A stretch of 41,027 nucleotides of DNA from Candidatus Limnocylindria bacterium (GTDB taxonomy: Bacteria > Chloroflexota > Limnocylindria > QHBO01), in NCBI GenBank assembly GCA_038248695.1, contig JBBRXE010000002.1, positions 1 to 41,027 on the forward strand, written 5' to 3'. This document shows positions 16,771 to 25,647 of this stretch, piece after piece. How positions within the stretch are numbered: the stretch's first letter is position 1; each line of letters starts with the position of its first letter. Both the position numbers and the translations under genes were made by a program. The notes beneath the pieces are model-generated. The model saw only the letters and a list, made by a program, of their open reading frames with translations. It did no database searches and was not told the DNA's origin.

Positions 16771-18974
16771 CCGCTGTCGGGGGTTGCAGACCTCAGTGGG
16801 CTTGACCGATCGGCCAGGTCGGCCGGGCGGGTGGTGAGGGCGGCGTACTCGCGCTGGGCGACGATCGCCTCGAAAGCGGCGTGGCTGCGCCCCACGAACA
16901 GCAGGCCCTCACCGGGGCGGGCATGCAGCAGCAGGCGGCGCTCGGCGGCGGTCAGATCGAAGTAGCGCGCCAGCGCATCGGCGCCCTCGGGCGCCTGACC
17001 GAACAGGATGCGGATGTCGCACTGTTTGACGATCGGCTCGCCGAAGTCAGAGCGCAGGAACTCGACGATGTCCTGGGTCGCCAGCTGCAGCCCGGCGTGG
17101 TAGTGGCGCGCCGAGCGGGCCAGCTCCTCGACGAACTCGGCGCCCGACGGTTGACGCATGACCTTCCAGGCCTCGTCGACGACCACCAGCTTGGGCTCCA
17201 GATCACGGCGTACCGCGTCCCACAGCACCCCGAGCGCCGCCAGCTGGGCGACCGAGCGCACTTCGGGATCGGAGATGGCGGCCAGACCGATGACCAGCAT
17301 GCGCCGATCGAGCGGCGGCGCGCCGTCGGCGCTGAACAGCGCGGCCAGCGAGCCTGACGCCCAGCGCTCGAGGCGCGCGGCCAGCGCCCGCCCGCCCGCC
17401 TCAGCCTCGATGGCGGTGGCCAGCTCGGCGAGGTTCGGCGGCGGGCGCTGGTGGCTGGCGGGGTCAGGGCCGATGCCGGCCGCGGCGTACACCGCGCGCA
17501 GGGCGCGATCCAGGATCGGGCGCTCGTCGCGCGCCAGGCCGCCGACCATGGCCGCCACCAACCGCGTCAGGCTGCTCAGCTTGGTGGCCAGACCGACCTC
17601 GCCGGCGGCCCCGGTCAGGGCGAACGGGTTGAGGCCGGCGCCGGCGCCGAGCTCCAGATAGCTGCCGCCCAGCTCGGCGGTCAGGCGCCGGTAGTCGCCC
17701 AGCGGGTCGACGGCCAGGACCCGGATGCCGCGCAGGAAGCAGCGCCCCATCTCGGCGCCGGTGAACATCGTCTTGCCGGTGCCGGTCTGGCCCAGCACGA
17801 TCGCGTTGTGGCTGGTGTGGGCGAAGCGGTCGAGCACGATCGGCGCCGCGGAGCGGCGGGCGATGCCGTACAGGTGGCCTGACGGCTCATACAGATCGCT
17901 GGCGGCATGCAGTAGCGAGGCGGCGAGCGACCCCGAGTCCAGGTTGCGCTCGGCGATGGGGCGCGGCGCTGGACCGGGCAGCACCGCCGCCCAGGCGTCG
18001 GCCAGGCGGAAGGTGGCAGGCTCCAGGTCGATGTCGGCGGCCCTGGCCTCCAGGCGCAGCAGCTCGAGCGGCTCGCGCAGCCCCGCGCGGTCGGGCGCCG
18101 CGACGAGGAAGACGGTGTCGACCAGGTACACCCGGCCCTCGCCGGCATGCAGCCGCCGCCGGCCGCTGAGCGCGGTGGCGCCCAGGCGCTCGCGGGCGAC
18201 GTCGGCCAGCTCGCCGCGCTCGGCGGCCAGCCGCTCGGCGGCGCGCACCTGGCGCAGGCGGGTGGTCAGGAAGGTCATCGCCTCCGGGCGTGACAGCGGT
18301 CGCACCCGCATGGCCGCGGCCGCCAGGCCCGGCACGCCGAGCAGCGCCGCCAGCCAGCCCGGCGCCACCTCGGCCGGCCAGCGGCGCCCGAGGGCCGCCG
18401 CGGCCAGCACGTCCTCACCGGCCGCGATCCCGGCACCCAGTCGGTACCCCGCGCCGACCCGCGCCAGCTCGGCCCAGGTCGCGGCCAGATCGTCGCCGCC
18501 GACCGCGCGCGCGGCGAGGCCCTGCTCCTCGGCCATGCGCCCGACCACCCCCAGCGCGCGCTCGAGCTCAGGGCGCGACGGCGCGTCGAGCAGCAGGTAG
18601 GTGCGGCGCAGCGGGCGACGCGGGGCGGCCGCCAGCTCGCGATACAGCGCGGCATAGGGACGGAACCAGTCGCGCGCGCGGCGCCCGGAGAGGCGTTCCT
18701 CAACCGTGCCCAGGTGCTCGTGGGGCGGCCGCTCGGCGGGTACCGACAGCAGGCTGAAGGGCCGCGGCACCGCGTCGTACAGGGCGGCCAGCGACTCGAG
18801 TGCCGCCTCGCGCTCGCCGTCGGCCATCAGCTCGAGGTTGAGCGGCGCCAGCTCGAAGCCACCCACCAGGCGACCCTCGACGCGCAGCGCGCCGTCGACA
18901 GGCTCGGCGGCGGGCCAGGCGGGCGGCAGCGTGGCTGGCGCCGCGGGCCGGCGGCCGAGGGTGGCCAGTCTCAT
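16767..18974 (-). CDS. virB4: VirB4/TrsE-type conjugation ATPase, 735 aa
   Basis: Walker A is IVLGQTGTGKTMF and Walker B is KLVVVDEAWKVM. The C-terminal region is SARHYHAGLQLATQDIVEF. An ATGA overlap links it to the cpaB stop. Confidence 0.9.
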   Translation of the reverse strand: MRLATLGRRPAAPATLPPAWPAAEPVDGALRVEGRLVGGFELAPLNLELMADGEREAALESLAALYDAVPRPFSLLSVPAERPPHEHLGTVEERLSGRRARDWFRPYAALYRELAAAPRRPLRRTYLLLDAPSRPELERALGVVGRMAEEQGLAARAVGGDDLAATWAELARVGAGYRLGAGIAAGEDVLAAAALGRRWPAEVAPGWLAALLGVPGLAAAAMRVRPLSRPEAMTFLTTRLRQVRAAERLAAERGELADVARERLGATALSGRRRLHAGEGRVYLVDTVFLVAAPDRAGLREPLELLRLEARAADIDLEPATFRLADAWAAVLPGPAPRPIAERNLDSGSLAASLLHAASDLYEPSGHLYGIARRSAAPIVLDRFAHTSHNAIVLGQTGTGKTMFTGAEMGRCFLRGIRVLAVDPLGDYRRLTAELGGSYLELGAGAGLNPFALTGAAGEVGLATKLSSLTRLVAAMVGGLARDERPILDRALRAVYAAAGIGPDPASHQRPPPNLAELATAIEAEAGGRALAARLERWASGSLAALFSADGAPPLDRRMLVIGLAAISDPEVRSVAQLAALGVLWDAVRRDLEPKLVVVDEAWKVMRQPSGAEFVEELARSARHYHAGLQLATQDIVEFLRSDFGEPIVKQCDIRILFGQAPEGADALARYFDLTAAERRLLLHARPGEGLLFVGRSHAAFEAIVAQREYAALTTRPADLADRSSPLRSATPDSG

Positions 18975-19666
18975 TCGTTCGGCCCCGATTGGGAGAGAGC
19001 CAGATAGAAGCTGGCGCTCAGCGCGGCCCCGGCGAACTGCGCCTCGCGCTCGGCGGGAATGGCGATCACCACGCTGCCGAGCTTGGGCGCCAGCAGCGGC
19101 AGCGCAGCGCTGCCGGTCGTGTTGGTGCCGCTGGTCAGGGGCTGGCCGTCGGCGGTGCGCAGGGCGAGGATCAGGTAGCCCTGACCCAGCACGGCGGCCG
19201 CCGCTGGGCTGGCGCCGTCGCTGGCCGTGAGCCCGCTCTTCAGCGCGTTGGGCACGGCGATGACGTCGACCCGCGCACCGGGCGCCAGGGCGGCACCCAC
19301 CGCCTGCGAGGGATCGACCGGCAGCGCGAAGGCCACCTGCCCGGCGGCCAGCGGCGCACCGAAGCCCAGCGCCCGCTGGCCCGGGGTGCGCTCCAGCGCG
19401 CGACGGTCGACGGTCTGACCGGCCAGGATCGGCAGTGCCGCGTACTGGCCGACCACCTCGTCGACGCTGTGCGCGGCATTAGCTGGGGCATCGGCCGGGC
19501 TGACCCGCATGGTCTCGACCATGTCGGGGCTGACCTGGGTCAGGGCGGGCACGTCGACTCTGGCGCGGACGATGTCGGTCCGCGGCTGGGCGAAGACGAA
19601 GACGCCGGCGGCAACCAATCCGGCGATGAGGAAGACGACGATATAGGGGGTACGGCGGACTCTCAT
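18971..19666 (-). CDS. cpaB: Flp pilus assembly protein CpaB/RcpC (SAF domain)
   Basis: It has an N-terminal anchor, MRVRRTPYIVVFLIAGLVAAGVF. This is followed by a SAF-like segment, VDVPALTQVSPDMVETMRVS...VVGQYAALPILAGQTV. Confidence 0.8.
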   Translation of the reverse strand: MRVRRTPYIVVFLIAGLVAAGVFVFAQPRTDIVRARVDVPALTQVSPDMVETMRVSPADAPANAAHSVDEVVGQYAALPILAGQTVDRRALERTPGQRALGFGAPLAAGQVAFALPVDPSQAVGAALAPGARVDVIAVPNALKSGLTASDGASPAAAAVLGQGYLILALRTADGQPLTSGTNTTGSAALPLLAPKLGSVVIAIPAEREAQFAGAALSASFYLALSQSGPNE

Positions 19667-19679
19667 CTGACTGGGGCTC

Positions 19680-20891
19680 CTAGTGGCTGACCGCGGCGTA
19701 GATGACGGTCACCGCGACATCGCCCGCGACCTCGATGTCGCGCAGCGTGCCGTCGGCGTAGGTGGTCTCGAGATCGAGCACCAGATGGACCCGGTACGCG
19801 CGCTGACCGGACAGCGGCGTGTTCCACTGCATGGCGACAGGATCCGTGGCGGCGTATGTGCCGGCGGCGGTCGCCTCGACGGCGTCGTTGGCGCCCGGCG
19901 CATAGCGGTAGCTGACCAAGCGCGTGGTGGCTCCGCCGATGACGATGCCGCCTGCGCGCATGGCGCCCTCACTGATGATGATCGGGCGCACGTACAGCTG
20001 GCAGGGCAGCCCGCGTGGCCACCATAGCGCCGTATGCCCCGCGGCATCCGGGGCGACAAGGGTGCCGTCCGGCAGCCTGCCTGACGGGCTGGCGCCCACC
20101 GTGACCAGCGGCGGTGCGTACTCGATCGGCAGGGCCGACACCCCGCTGGCGCGGTTGGTGATGTCGAGGGCGAACGGGACAGTCTGTTCATATGGGTCAC
20201 CGACAGGCGTGAAGAAGGCGCCATAGGCCTGGCCTGCGACGTGAGCCGTAACGACGGCCTCGAACGTTCCCGCGCCATAGGCGTGGGTCGTGCTCAGGCG
20301 GTCGCTGCCATCACCCGCGAAGGTGCGGTCGCTGCCGTCGCCGAAGTCGACCGTCCAGCGCTCGACGCGCACTGAGCTGGGGATGACGTAGGCCGAGATC
20401 GCGTCGTCGACCCAGTCACGCCAGCCGGCTGTCAGTTCGGCGGTCACCCTGCGCTCGGAGCCTGCCGGAGCGGACACCGGCTCGACCGCGACGGCCAGAT
20501 ACAGGCTGAGGTCGCCATGAGCGACCGGAGAGAGATCAATGCCCGGCTGTTGCGAGCTCGTGAATGTGGTGATCGGGCTGGTGGTGTTGACCGTCGAGCC
20601 GTCGTCGCAACGGTGGACGAAGATCCACCAGAAGTTGTAGTAGGCCTGCGGCGTGCCCTGGAGTTGCCACTCGGAGTAGTAGCTGGAGCAGACAACGTCC
20701 GTTCGGCTGGCGGGCGCGGCCCAGTGCCCCGCTGCCTGAACGCCGACATACGCGTGGCCGGTGTCGGAGGTCCAGGTCTCCACGACCACGCTGATCGGAT
20801 CGAGCGCGGCAACGCGGCCGGCTCCGACATGCGCAAGCGCGATTGTCCCGAACGCAGCCAGCAGCATGTGCCTGAGAGGCGGCAGCTTCAT
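19680..20891 (-). CDS. Secreted protein with PKD domain, 403 aa
   Basis: It has a signal peptide, MKLPPLRHMLLAAFGTIALAHVGA. The PKD signature is WTVDFGDGSDRTF...TTHAYGAGTFEAVVTAHV. An ATGA overlap links it to the upstream gene. Confidence 0.7.
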   Translation of the reverse strand: MKLPPLRHMLLAAFGTIALAHVGAGRVAALDPISVVVETWTSDTGHAYVGVQAAGHWAAPASRTDVVCSSYYSEWQLQGTPQAYYNFWWIFVHRCDDGSTVNTTSPITTFTSSQQPGIDLSPVAHGDLSLYLAVAVEPVSAPAGSERRVTAELTAGWRDWVDDAISAYVIPSSVRVERWTVDFGDGSDRTFAGDGSDRLSTTHAYGAGTFEAVVTAHVAGQAYGAFFTPVGDPYEQTVPFALDITNRASGVSALPIEYAPPLVTVGASPSGRLPDGTLVAPDAAGHTALWWPRGLPCQLYVRPIIISEGAMRAGGIVIGGATTRLVSYRYAPGANDAVEATAAGTYAATDPVAMQWNTPLSGQRAYRVHLVLDLETTYADGTLRDIEVAGDVAVTVIYAAVSH

Positions 20892-21424
20892 GGCACGTTC
20901 TCGAACCGTTCAACGGACCAGCGCCCGTTCACCTGCCTGACCTCCACGCGCACCGTCACGTCCGGCAGTGCAGTCGGGCTTTCAAGGGGTTCGCCCGTGT
21001 CGTAGTCGATGTCGTAGCCCTCTACGTGATGCGTGAAGGTGACGACCGCTTCGCCGTCCTGGGCGTCGACACGAAGGTCTCGAAGCTCATTGGTCGTGAT
21101 AGCCGACGCCTTCCCGACCTGCTTCTGACCGTCGAGGAAGCCGGCGGCCGTGAGGTACGCTGACGAACCGGTGCTCGTCACGAAGGGCGTCAGGAGGGTC
21201 GAGTCGTCGGTCCGACGCGCCCGGGCAAGCGCGTCAAAGAAAGCGCGAACTGCACTCTCCGGGGTGGATGCCGGATCTGTTGTGGCCGACGCGCTCGCGC
21301 TCGGCGTGGGCGTCGCACTCGGCCCCCCACCACCCGCCAGCAGTACCGCGACGAGGACGACGATCACCACCCCGACACTTATCAGGATGGCGAGCGGTAG
21401 GCGGTAGCGCGGCGGCACGCGCAT
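20888..21424 (-). CDS. Membrane-anchored protein with NTF2/SnoaL-like C-terminal domain (weak call)
   Basis: It has an N-terminal transmembrane segment (LPLAILISVGVVIVVLVAVLLA) and a Ser/Thr/Pro-rich linker. These are followed by AVRAFFDALARA ... VTFTHHVEGYD...VRVEVRQVNGRWSVERF. Confidence 0.5.
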   Translation of the reverse strand: MRVPPRYRLPLAILISVGVVIVVLVAVLLAGGGGPSATPTPSASASATTDPASTPESAVRAFFDALARARRTDDSTLLTPFVTSTGSSAYLTAAGFLDGQKQVGKASAITTNELRDLRVDAQDGEAVVTFTHHVEGYDIDYDTGEPLESPTALPDVTVRVEVRQVNGRWSVERFENVP

Positions 21425-21426
21425 GG

Positions 21427-21918
21427 TCAGGTCCTCGCCGCCGCCGAGCCGGCGAGGTTGAGCGTCACCACCGGGCCGATGCCGGCCAGCCCCAGCAGCG
21501 GCACGCGGACGGGGGCCTGGATCTCGATGCTGACCGTCGGCCCACTGTTCGTCGCACCGGTGATGGGGTCGATGCCCGGTGCGTTGGTGACGCTCACCTT
21601 GGCAGCGGCAGCGATCTCGGCCGGGGAGGAGGCGAGCTGCGTGGACGAGGCCGCCAGGTTGGCGGCCAGGTACTGGCGCGCCAGTACCTCGGCGGCGTCG
21701 GGCACCAGGCGCGGCTGAGCGCCGCCCGCCAGCGAGGCGAGGTCGAGCGCCTGGGTGGCGGTCAGCGCCGCCATGTCGATCTGGGCCCGCAGCCGAGTGC
21801 GCATGGCCTCCAGCGTCCCGACCGCCAGCACCAGGGCCAGCACCAGCATCAGCAGCGGGAAGAGGAGCACCGCGTAGAGGGCGACCTGACCGCGCGTGCT
21901 CGACCCTGAGCGGCGCAT
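21427..21918 (-). CDS. TadG/TadE-G-like pseudopilin, 163 aa
   Basis: Track ORF 21427..22038, trimmed to ATG 21918, which shares one nucleotide with the tadE stop (TGATG). The N-terminus is MRRSGSSTRGQVALYAVLLFPLLMLVLALVLAVG. Confidence 0.65.
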   Translation of the reverse strand: MRRSGSSTRGQVALYAVLLFPLLMLVLALVLAVGTLEAMRTRLRAQIDMAALTATQALDLASLAGGAQPRLVPDAAEVLARQYLAANLAASSTQLASSPAEIAAAAKVSVTNAPGIDPITGATNSGPTVSIEIQAPVRVPLLGLAGIGPVVTLNLAGSAAART

Positions 21919-22340
21919 CAGTGGGTCACCTCGCTGCGGGTCACGAACTCGCCTTTGAGCGGCACCGGCCAGCTGCCGAGGAAGGGGATTGAGGCGGAAG
22001 CGTCGATCGAGACCGTGACCCGCAGCGGCGCGCCCCACTCGGCGACCGTCGGCTCAATCATCACCCTCGCCCGTGCCGGGTCGATGCCGCCGTCGCGCAG
22101 CTCGGTCGCGATCCGCCCGCGGACCGCCGCGCTATCTCCGCCCACTACCGCCGCTTGGCGGGCACCGGCCGCGGCCGCCGCGTCAACCACCAGGCGCGTG
22201 TGCTCGAGCTGGCCGAAGACGATCACGCCCAGCAACACCGGCACCAGCACCAGCGGCACGACCAGCACGGCCTCAACCGTGGCCAGGCCGCGCTCCGCGC
22301 GGTGGCGGTCGAGCAGCCAGGCGAGCCGTAGACGGGGCAT
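21918..22340 (-). CDS. tadE: TadE-like pseudopilin
   Basis: AERGLATVEAVLVVPLVLVPVLLGVIV matches the TadE N-terminal motif: a Gly followed by x-x-x-V-E and a hydrophobic helix. Confidence 0.7.
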   Translation of the reverse strand: MPRLRLAWLLDRHRAERGLATVEAVLVVPLVLVPVLLGVIVFGQLEHTRLVVDAAAAAGARQAAVVGGDSAAVRGRIATELRDGGIDPARARVMIEPTVAEWGAPLRVTVSIDASASIPFLGSWPVPLKGEFVTRSEVTH

Positions 22341-22344
22341 CGGC

Positions 22345-22548
22345 TCAGCTGCCCAGCAGCTGGCGCACGAGGTCGCCGATCTTGGTCGCCAGCCCCTGGT
22401 TCCAGGCCAGGATGGCCGCCGCCAGAACGACCAGGATGATCCCGGCGGCGATCACATACTCGAGCGTGGTCAGGCCTCGCTCGTGGCTGCGCAGCCGGCT
22501 GCAGGCTCGTAGCCACAGGTCGTTGAGCTGGTCTCGCATAGCAATCAT
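22345..22548 (-). CDS. flp: Flp-family type IVb prepilin, 67 aa
   Basis: HERG/LTTLEYVIAAGIILVVLAAAILAW fits the Flp processing motif G/xTxxEY followed by a hydrophobic helix. It is positioned between tadC and tadE. Confidence 0.75.
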   Translation of the reverse strand: MIAMRDQLNDLWLRACSRLRSHERGLTTLEYVIAAGIILVVLAAAILAWNQGLATKIGDLVRQLLGS

Positions 22549-22553
22549 CTCCT

Positions 22554-23465
22554 TTACAGGCGTCCAAGGGTCGATAGGAACAGGGGCAGCACGATGAGCA
22601 GCACGAACTCGGGCAGATAGACCCCGGCCAGAATGGCGGCCAGCTTGGGCTGCACCGTGGAGGCCGCACCCAGCAGCCGGTTGCGTTCGCCGTCGCGCAG
22701 CCCGCGTTCGTGCTCGGCCAGCACCTCGCCGACGCCCTTGCCCAGGTGGCGCGCCTGGGCCAGCGAACCGGCCAGCTCGTCGAGCTCGGCGAGGTCGGCC
22801 GCGGTGGCCACATCGCGCAGCGCGGCATACAGGTCGACCCCGGTGCCGTAGGCGGCGACCGCGCCGCGCACCTGCGCGGCCAGCAGGTTGCGGCCGTCGC
22901 TGGCGCGATGCAGCGCGTCGGCCACCTCGGCCACCGCGCGCTCGAGGGTGTGTCGCTCGGCCAGCGGGCGCACCAGGGCCAGGAAGTCGGGCAGCTCACG
23001 GCGCAGCTGGCCCGCGCGCCGGCGAGCGAGCCAGCCCAGGTACTCGGTGGGGAACACGTAACCGCCGAAGGCGACCGGCAGGGCCACGAAGAGGGCGATC
23101 GGCAGCAGGGTGCTGAGCGCCAGGCCGAGGCCCAGGACGGCGAGGCCCAGCACAAGCTTGGCGGCGTACAGCTCGGCCGGCGGCAGCGTGGCCGGATCCA
23201 GCCCGGCGCGCACGATGTCGCGCTCCGAGACCTGGCTGGCCAGGGCCGGCAGCCGCTCACCGATCCAGCTCGCAGCCGGAGCCAGCGCCCGCTCCCAGGC
23301 CGGCCGCTCGGCCGACACCAGGCGCACGTAGCGCTCGCGCGCCAGACCGGCGGCGCGCACCACGTCGTCGCGGGCGGGCACCGCCAGCCAGGGTGCGAAG
23401 AGCGCCATCAACAGACAGAAGACCGCGCTGCCAGTGGCCAGGGCGCCAAGCAGGGTGAGGTCCAT
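22554..23465 (-). CDS. tadC: TadC-like platform protein (T2SS F family)
   Basis: The topology (N-terminal TM segment, cytoplasmic helical domain, C-terminal TM pair) and the sequence LPDFLALVRPLAERHTLERAV...GKGVGEVLAEHERGLRD are typical of T2SSF/TadC. Its N-terminus is paralogous to the adjacent tadB (both begin MDLTL.GALATG). Confidence 0.8.
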   Translation of the reverse strand: MDLTLLGALATGSAVFCLLMALFAPWLAVPARDDVVRAAGLARERYVRLVSAERPAWERALAPAASWIGERLPALASQVSERDIVRAGLDPATLPPAELYAAKLVLGLAVLGLGLALSTLLPIALFVALPVAFGGYVFPTEYLGWLARRRAGQLRRELPDFLALVRPLAERHTLERAVAEVADALHRASDGRNLLAAQVRGAVAAYGTGVDLYAALRDVATAADLAELDELAGSLAQARHLGKGVGEVLAEHERGLRDGERNRLLGAASTVQPKLAAILAGVYLPEFVLLIVLPLFLSTLGRL

Positions 23466-23470
23466 GCGGG

Positions 23471-24355
23471 TCAGCCCTCCAGCCTGGTCGCGCGCCAGGA
23501 GAGGACGACACCGGTGACTTCGAGCAGCGCCGCCCCCGGCAGCAGGACGAGCCGTCCCAGGGGAGTGTCCAGCACCGGTCCCAGCAGCTCGCGGTTGACG
23601 AGCAGCAGGTACAAGAACAGGGCGGGGATGACGATGGCCAGGATCAGGGCCTGGATGCGCAGCCCACGGCTCTCGGCCGCCGCCTGACGGGCGATGGCCT
23701 GGTTGCTGCGCGCCGCCTCGTTCAGGGCACCCAGCACCCCGGCCGCGCTGCTCGCCGGCTGGTGGGTCAGGGCCAGCACGCTGAGGGCGTCGAAGACCAG
23801 GGCCAGGTTGCGTCCGGCCTGGCGCGGGCGCAGCCCGGCCAGGGCCTCGACCAGCGGCTCGTTGGCGTAGTAGCGGCCCAATAGCTCCTCGAAGTCGGCG
23901 CGCACCCAGCGGTGGCGGGCGACCTCCACCGCTGCCGCGAACAGGTCTGGATAGGTGCCACCCGCCGCGGCGCGGTTGACCATCGAACGCAGCACGCGCG
24001 GCGCTTCGTCGTCGGCTGCGCGCGCCTCGCCCGCCACCAGGTAGCGCAGGTAGAGGCGCGGCACGAAGGCGCCGGCCACCGCGCCGACGATGGCCATCGG
24101 CAGCGACAGGATGAGGCCGATGGCGCCGAGCAGCAGCGGGGCAGCGATGGAGAGCGCCAGGTAGGTCTGCGGGCGCAGGTCGAGCCGCGCCTGGGCCAGC
24201 TGCTGGCGCGCGCCCGCGATGCGCGCCTGGCGCCAGCGGTGGAGTCGCTGGCCGACGGTCGGCTGATCCACGGCTGCTTTGGCTGGCACGATGGCCATCA
24301 GCCCAGCGAAGACGGCGATCCCGGTCGCCAGCGCACCGACCAGGGTCAGGTCCAT
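23471..24355 (-). CDS. tadB: TadB-like platform protein (T2SS F family)
   Basis: T2SSF-like: EAPRVLRSMVNRAAAGGTYPDLF ... AARSNQAIARQAAAESRGLRIQALILAIVIP. It overlaps the cpaF stop by 10 nt. Confidence 0.8.
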   Translation of the reverse strand: MDLTLVGALATGIAVFAGLMAIVPAKAAVDQPTVGQRLHRWRQARIAGARQQLAQARLDLRPQTYLALSIAAPLLLGAIGLILSLPMAIVGAVAGAFVPRLYLRYLVAGEARAADDEAPRVLRSMVNRAAAGGTYPDLFAAAVEVARHRWVRADFEELLGRYYANEPLVEALAGLRPRQAGRNLALVFDALSVLALTHQPASSAAGVLGALNEAARSNQAIARQAAAESRGLRIQALILAIVIPALFLYLLLVNRELLGPVLDTPLGRLVLLPGAALLEVTGVVLSWRATRLEG

Positions 24356-25647
24356 CGCTCGCCCTCCGCCTCGAGACGCGCCCGCAGGCGCTGCGCGGGC
24401 TGCCAGGCCGGATCGCGCACGAAGCGCACCTCGTCGGGCGCGGAGCCCAGCTCGGCGCTGAAGATGTCCGCCAACCGGTAGCCGTCGGCGGCGATCCCGT
24501 TCAGGGCCGAGATCTGGCGCACGATGCGGCGCCCCGAGCGCAGCCGGCGCAGGACGACCACCAGGTCGAAGACCCGCGCGATGTAGGTCCGCAGGTCGGC
24601 CACCGTCAGGTCGCGCATCGACTGGCGCGCCAGCAGCTCGAGGCGGAACAGGGCATCCTCGGCCGAGCTGGCGTGAATGGTGGTCGCCGAGCCGTCGTGC
24701 CCGGTGTGCAGCGCCTGCAGGGTGTAGAAGGCTTCCTTGGGCAGGCGGATCTCGCCGACGATGAGGCGATCGGGTCGCATGCGCAGGGCGTTGGCCACCA
24801 GATCCCCGACATCGAGCAGGCGGCTCTCCGCTTCTCCGCTCGCCAGGTCGTGGGGGTGCACGGTCTCCAGATTGAAGCGATCGGGATTCTCCAGGGCCAG
24901 CTCGGCGGTGTCCTCCACGACGCCCACCCGCTCGGCTGGGTCGAACAGGTCGGTCAGGGAGCGCAGCAGCGTCGTCTTGCCCGCCCCGGTCTCGCCGGCG
25001 ACCAGCAGGTTGGCCTTGGCGCGCACCAGCCGGGTCAGGAAGTCGGCCATCTCCGGGGTGATGCCGCCCTCGCTCACCCAGTCACGGCCGTGACGGCCGC
25101 CGGGGGCCAGATCGAGGCGCAGGCGGTTGAACTTGCGGATGGCGAGATACGGCCCGCCAACCGGCGGCAGCACCGCGTTGACACGGGAGCCGTCGGCCAT
25201 GCGGGCGTCGACGATGGGGTGCGCCACCGACAGCTCGCGCCCGGCCAGGGCGGCGATGCGCTCGGCGATCTCGATCAGCTCGGCGTCGCCGGTCAGGCGC
25301 ACGCCGGCGGGCTCGAGCCTGCCGGCGCGCTCGACGAAGACCGCGTCGGGGGCGTTGACCAGGATGTCGGAGACCTCGGCATCGGCGACCAGCGACTGCA
25401 GCGGCCCGAGTCCGCAGACCGCGGCCTCGACCGCGGCCACCAGGGCCGGCACCGGGGCCAGCTCAAGCTCGGGGTCTTCGAGGATGGCGGCGATCGTGTC
25501 GCGTACGAGCTGTTCGCGCTCGGGGGTGGGGTCGAACGGATTGAGCACCTCGGGGCTCAGGCGCGCGACGAGCATGCGGCGCACCTTGCTCAAGGTGGCG
25601 CCCGACAGCGGCGAAGGCAGCGGGACGGGGAGCGGCTGCGGGCTCAT
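24346..25647 (-). CDS. cpaF: CpaF/TadA secretion ATPase (T2SS E / VirB11 superfamily)
   Basis: Walker A is LVAGETGAGKTTLLRSL. Other motifs are RLIVGEIRLPKEAFYTLQALHTGHDGSATTIHASSAEDA. An ATGA overlap links it to the upstream gene. Confidence 0.9.
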   Translation of the reverse strand: MSPQPLPVPLPSPLSGATLSKVRRMLVARLSPEVLNPFDPTPEREQLVRDTIAAILEDPELELAPVPALVAAVEAAVCGLGPLQSLVADAEVSDILVNAPDAVFVERAGRLEPAGVRLTGDAELIEIAERIAALAGRELSVAHPIVDARMADGSRVNAVLPPVGGPYLAIRKFNRLRLDLAPGGRHGRDWVSEGGITPEMADFLTRLVRAKANLLVAGETGAGKTTLLRSLTDLFDPAERVGVVEDTAELALENPDRFNLETVHPHDLASGEAESRLLDVGDLVANALRMRPDRLIVGEIRLPKEAFYTLQALHTGHDGSATTIHASSAEDALFRLELLARQSMRDLTVADLRTYIARVFDLVVVLRRLRSGRRIVRQISALNGIAADGYRLADIFSAELGSAPDEVRFVRDPAWQPAQRLRARLEAEGERWT

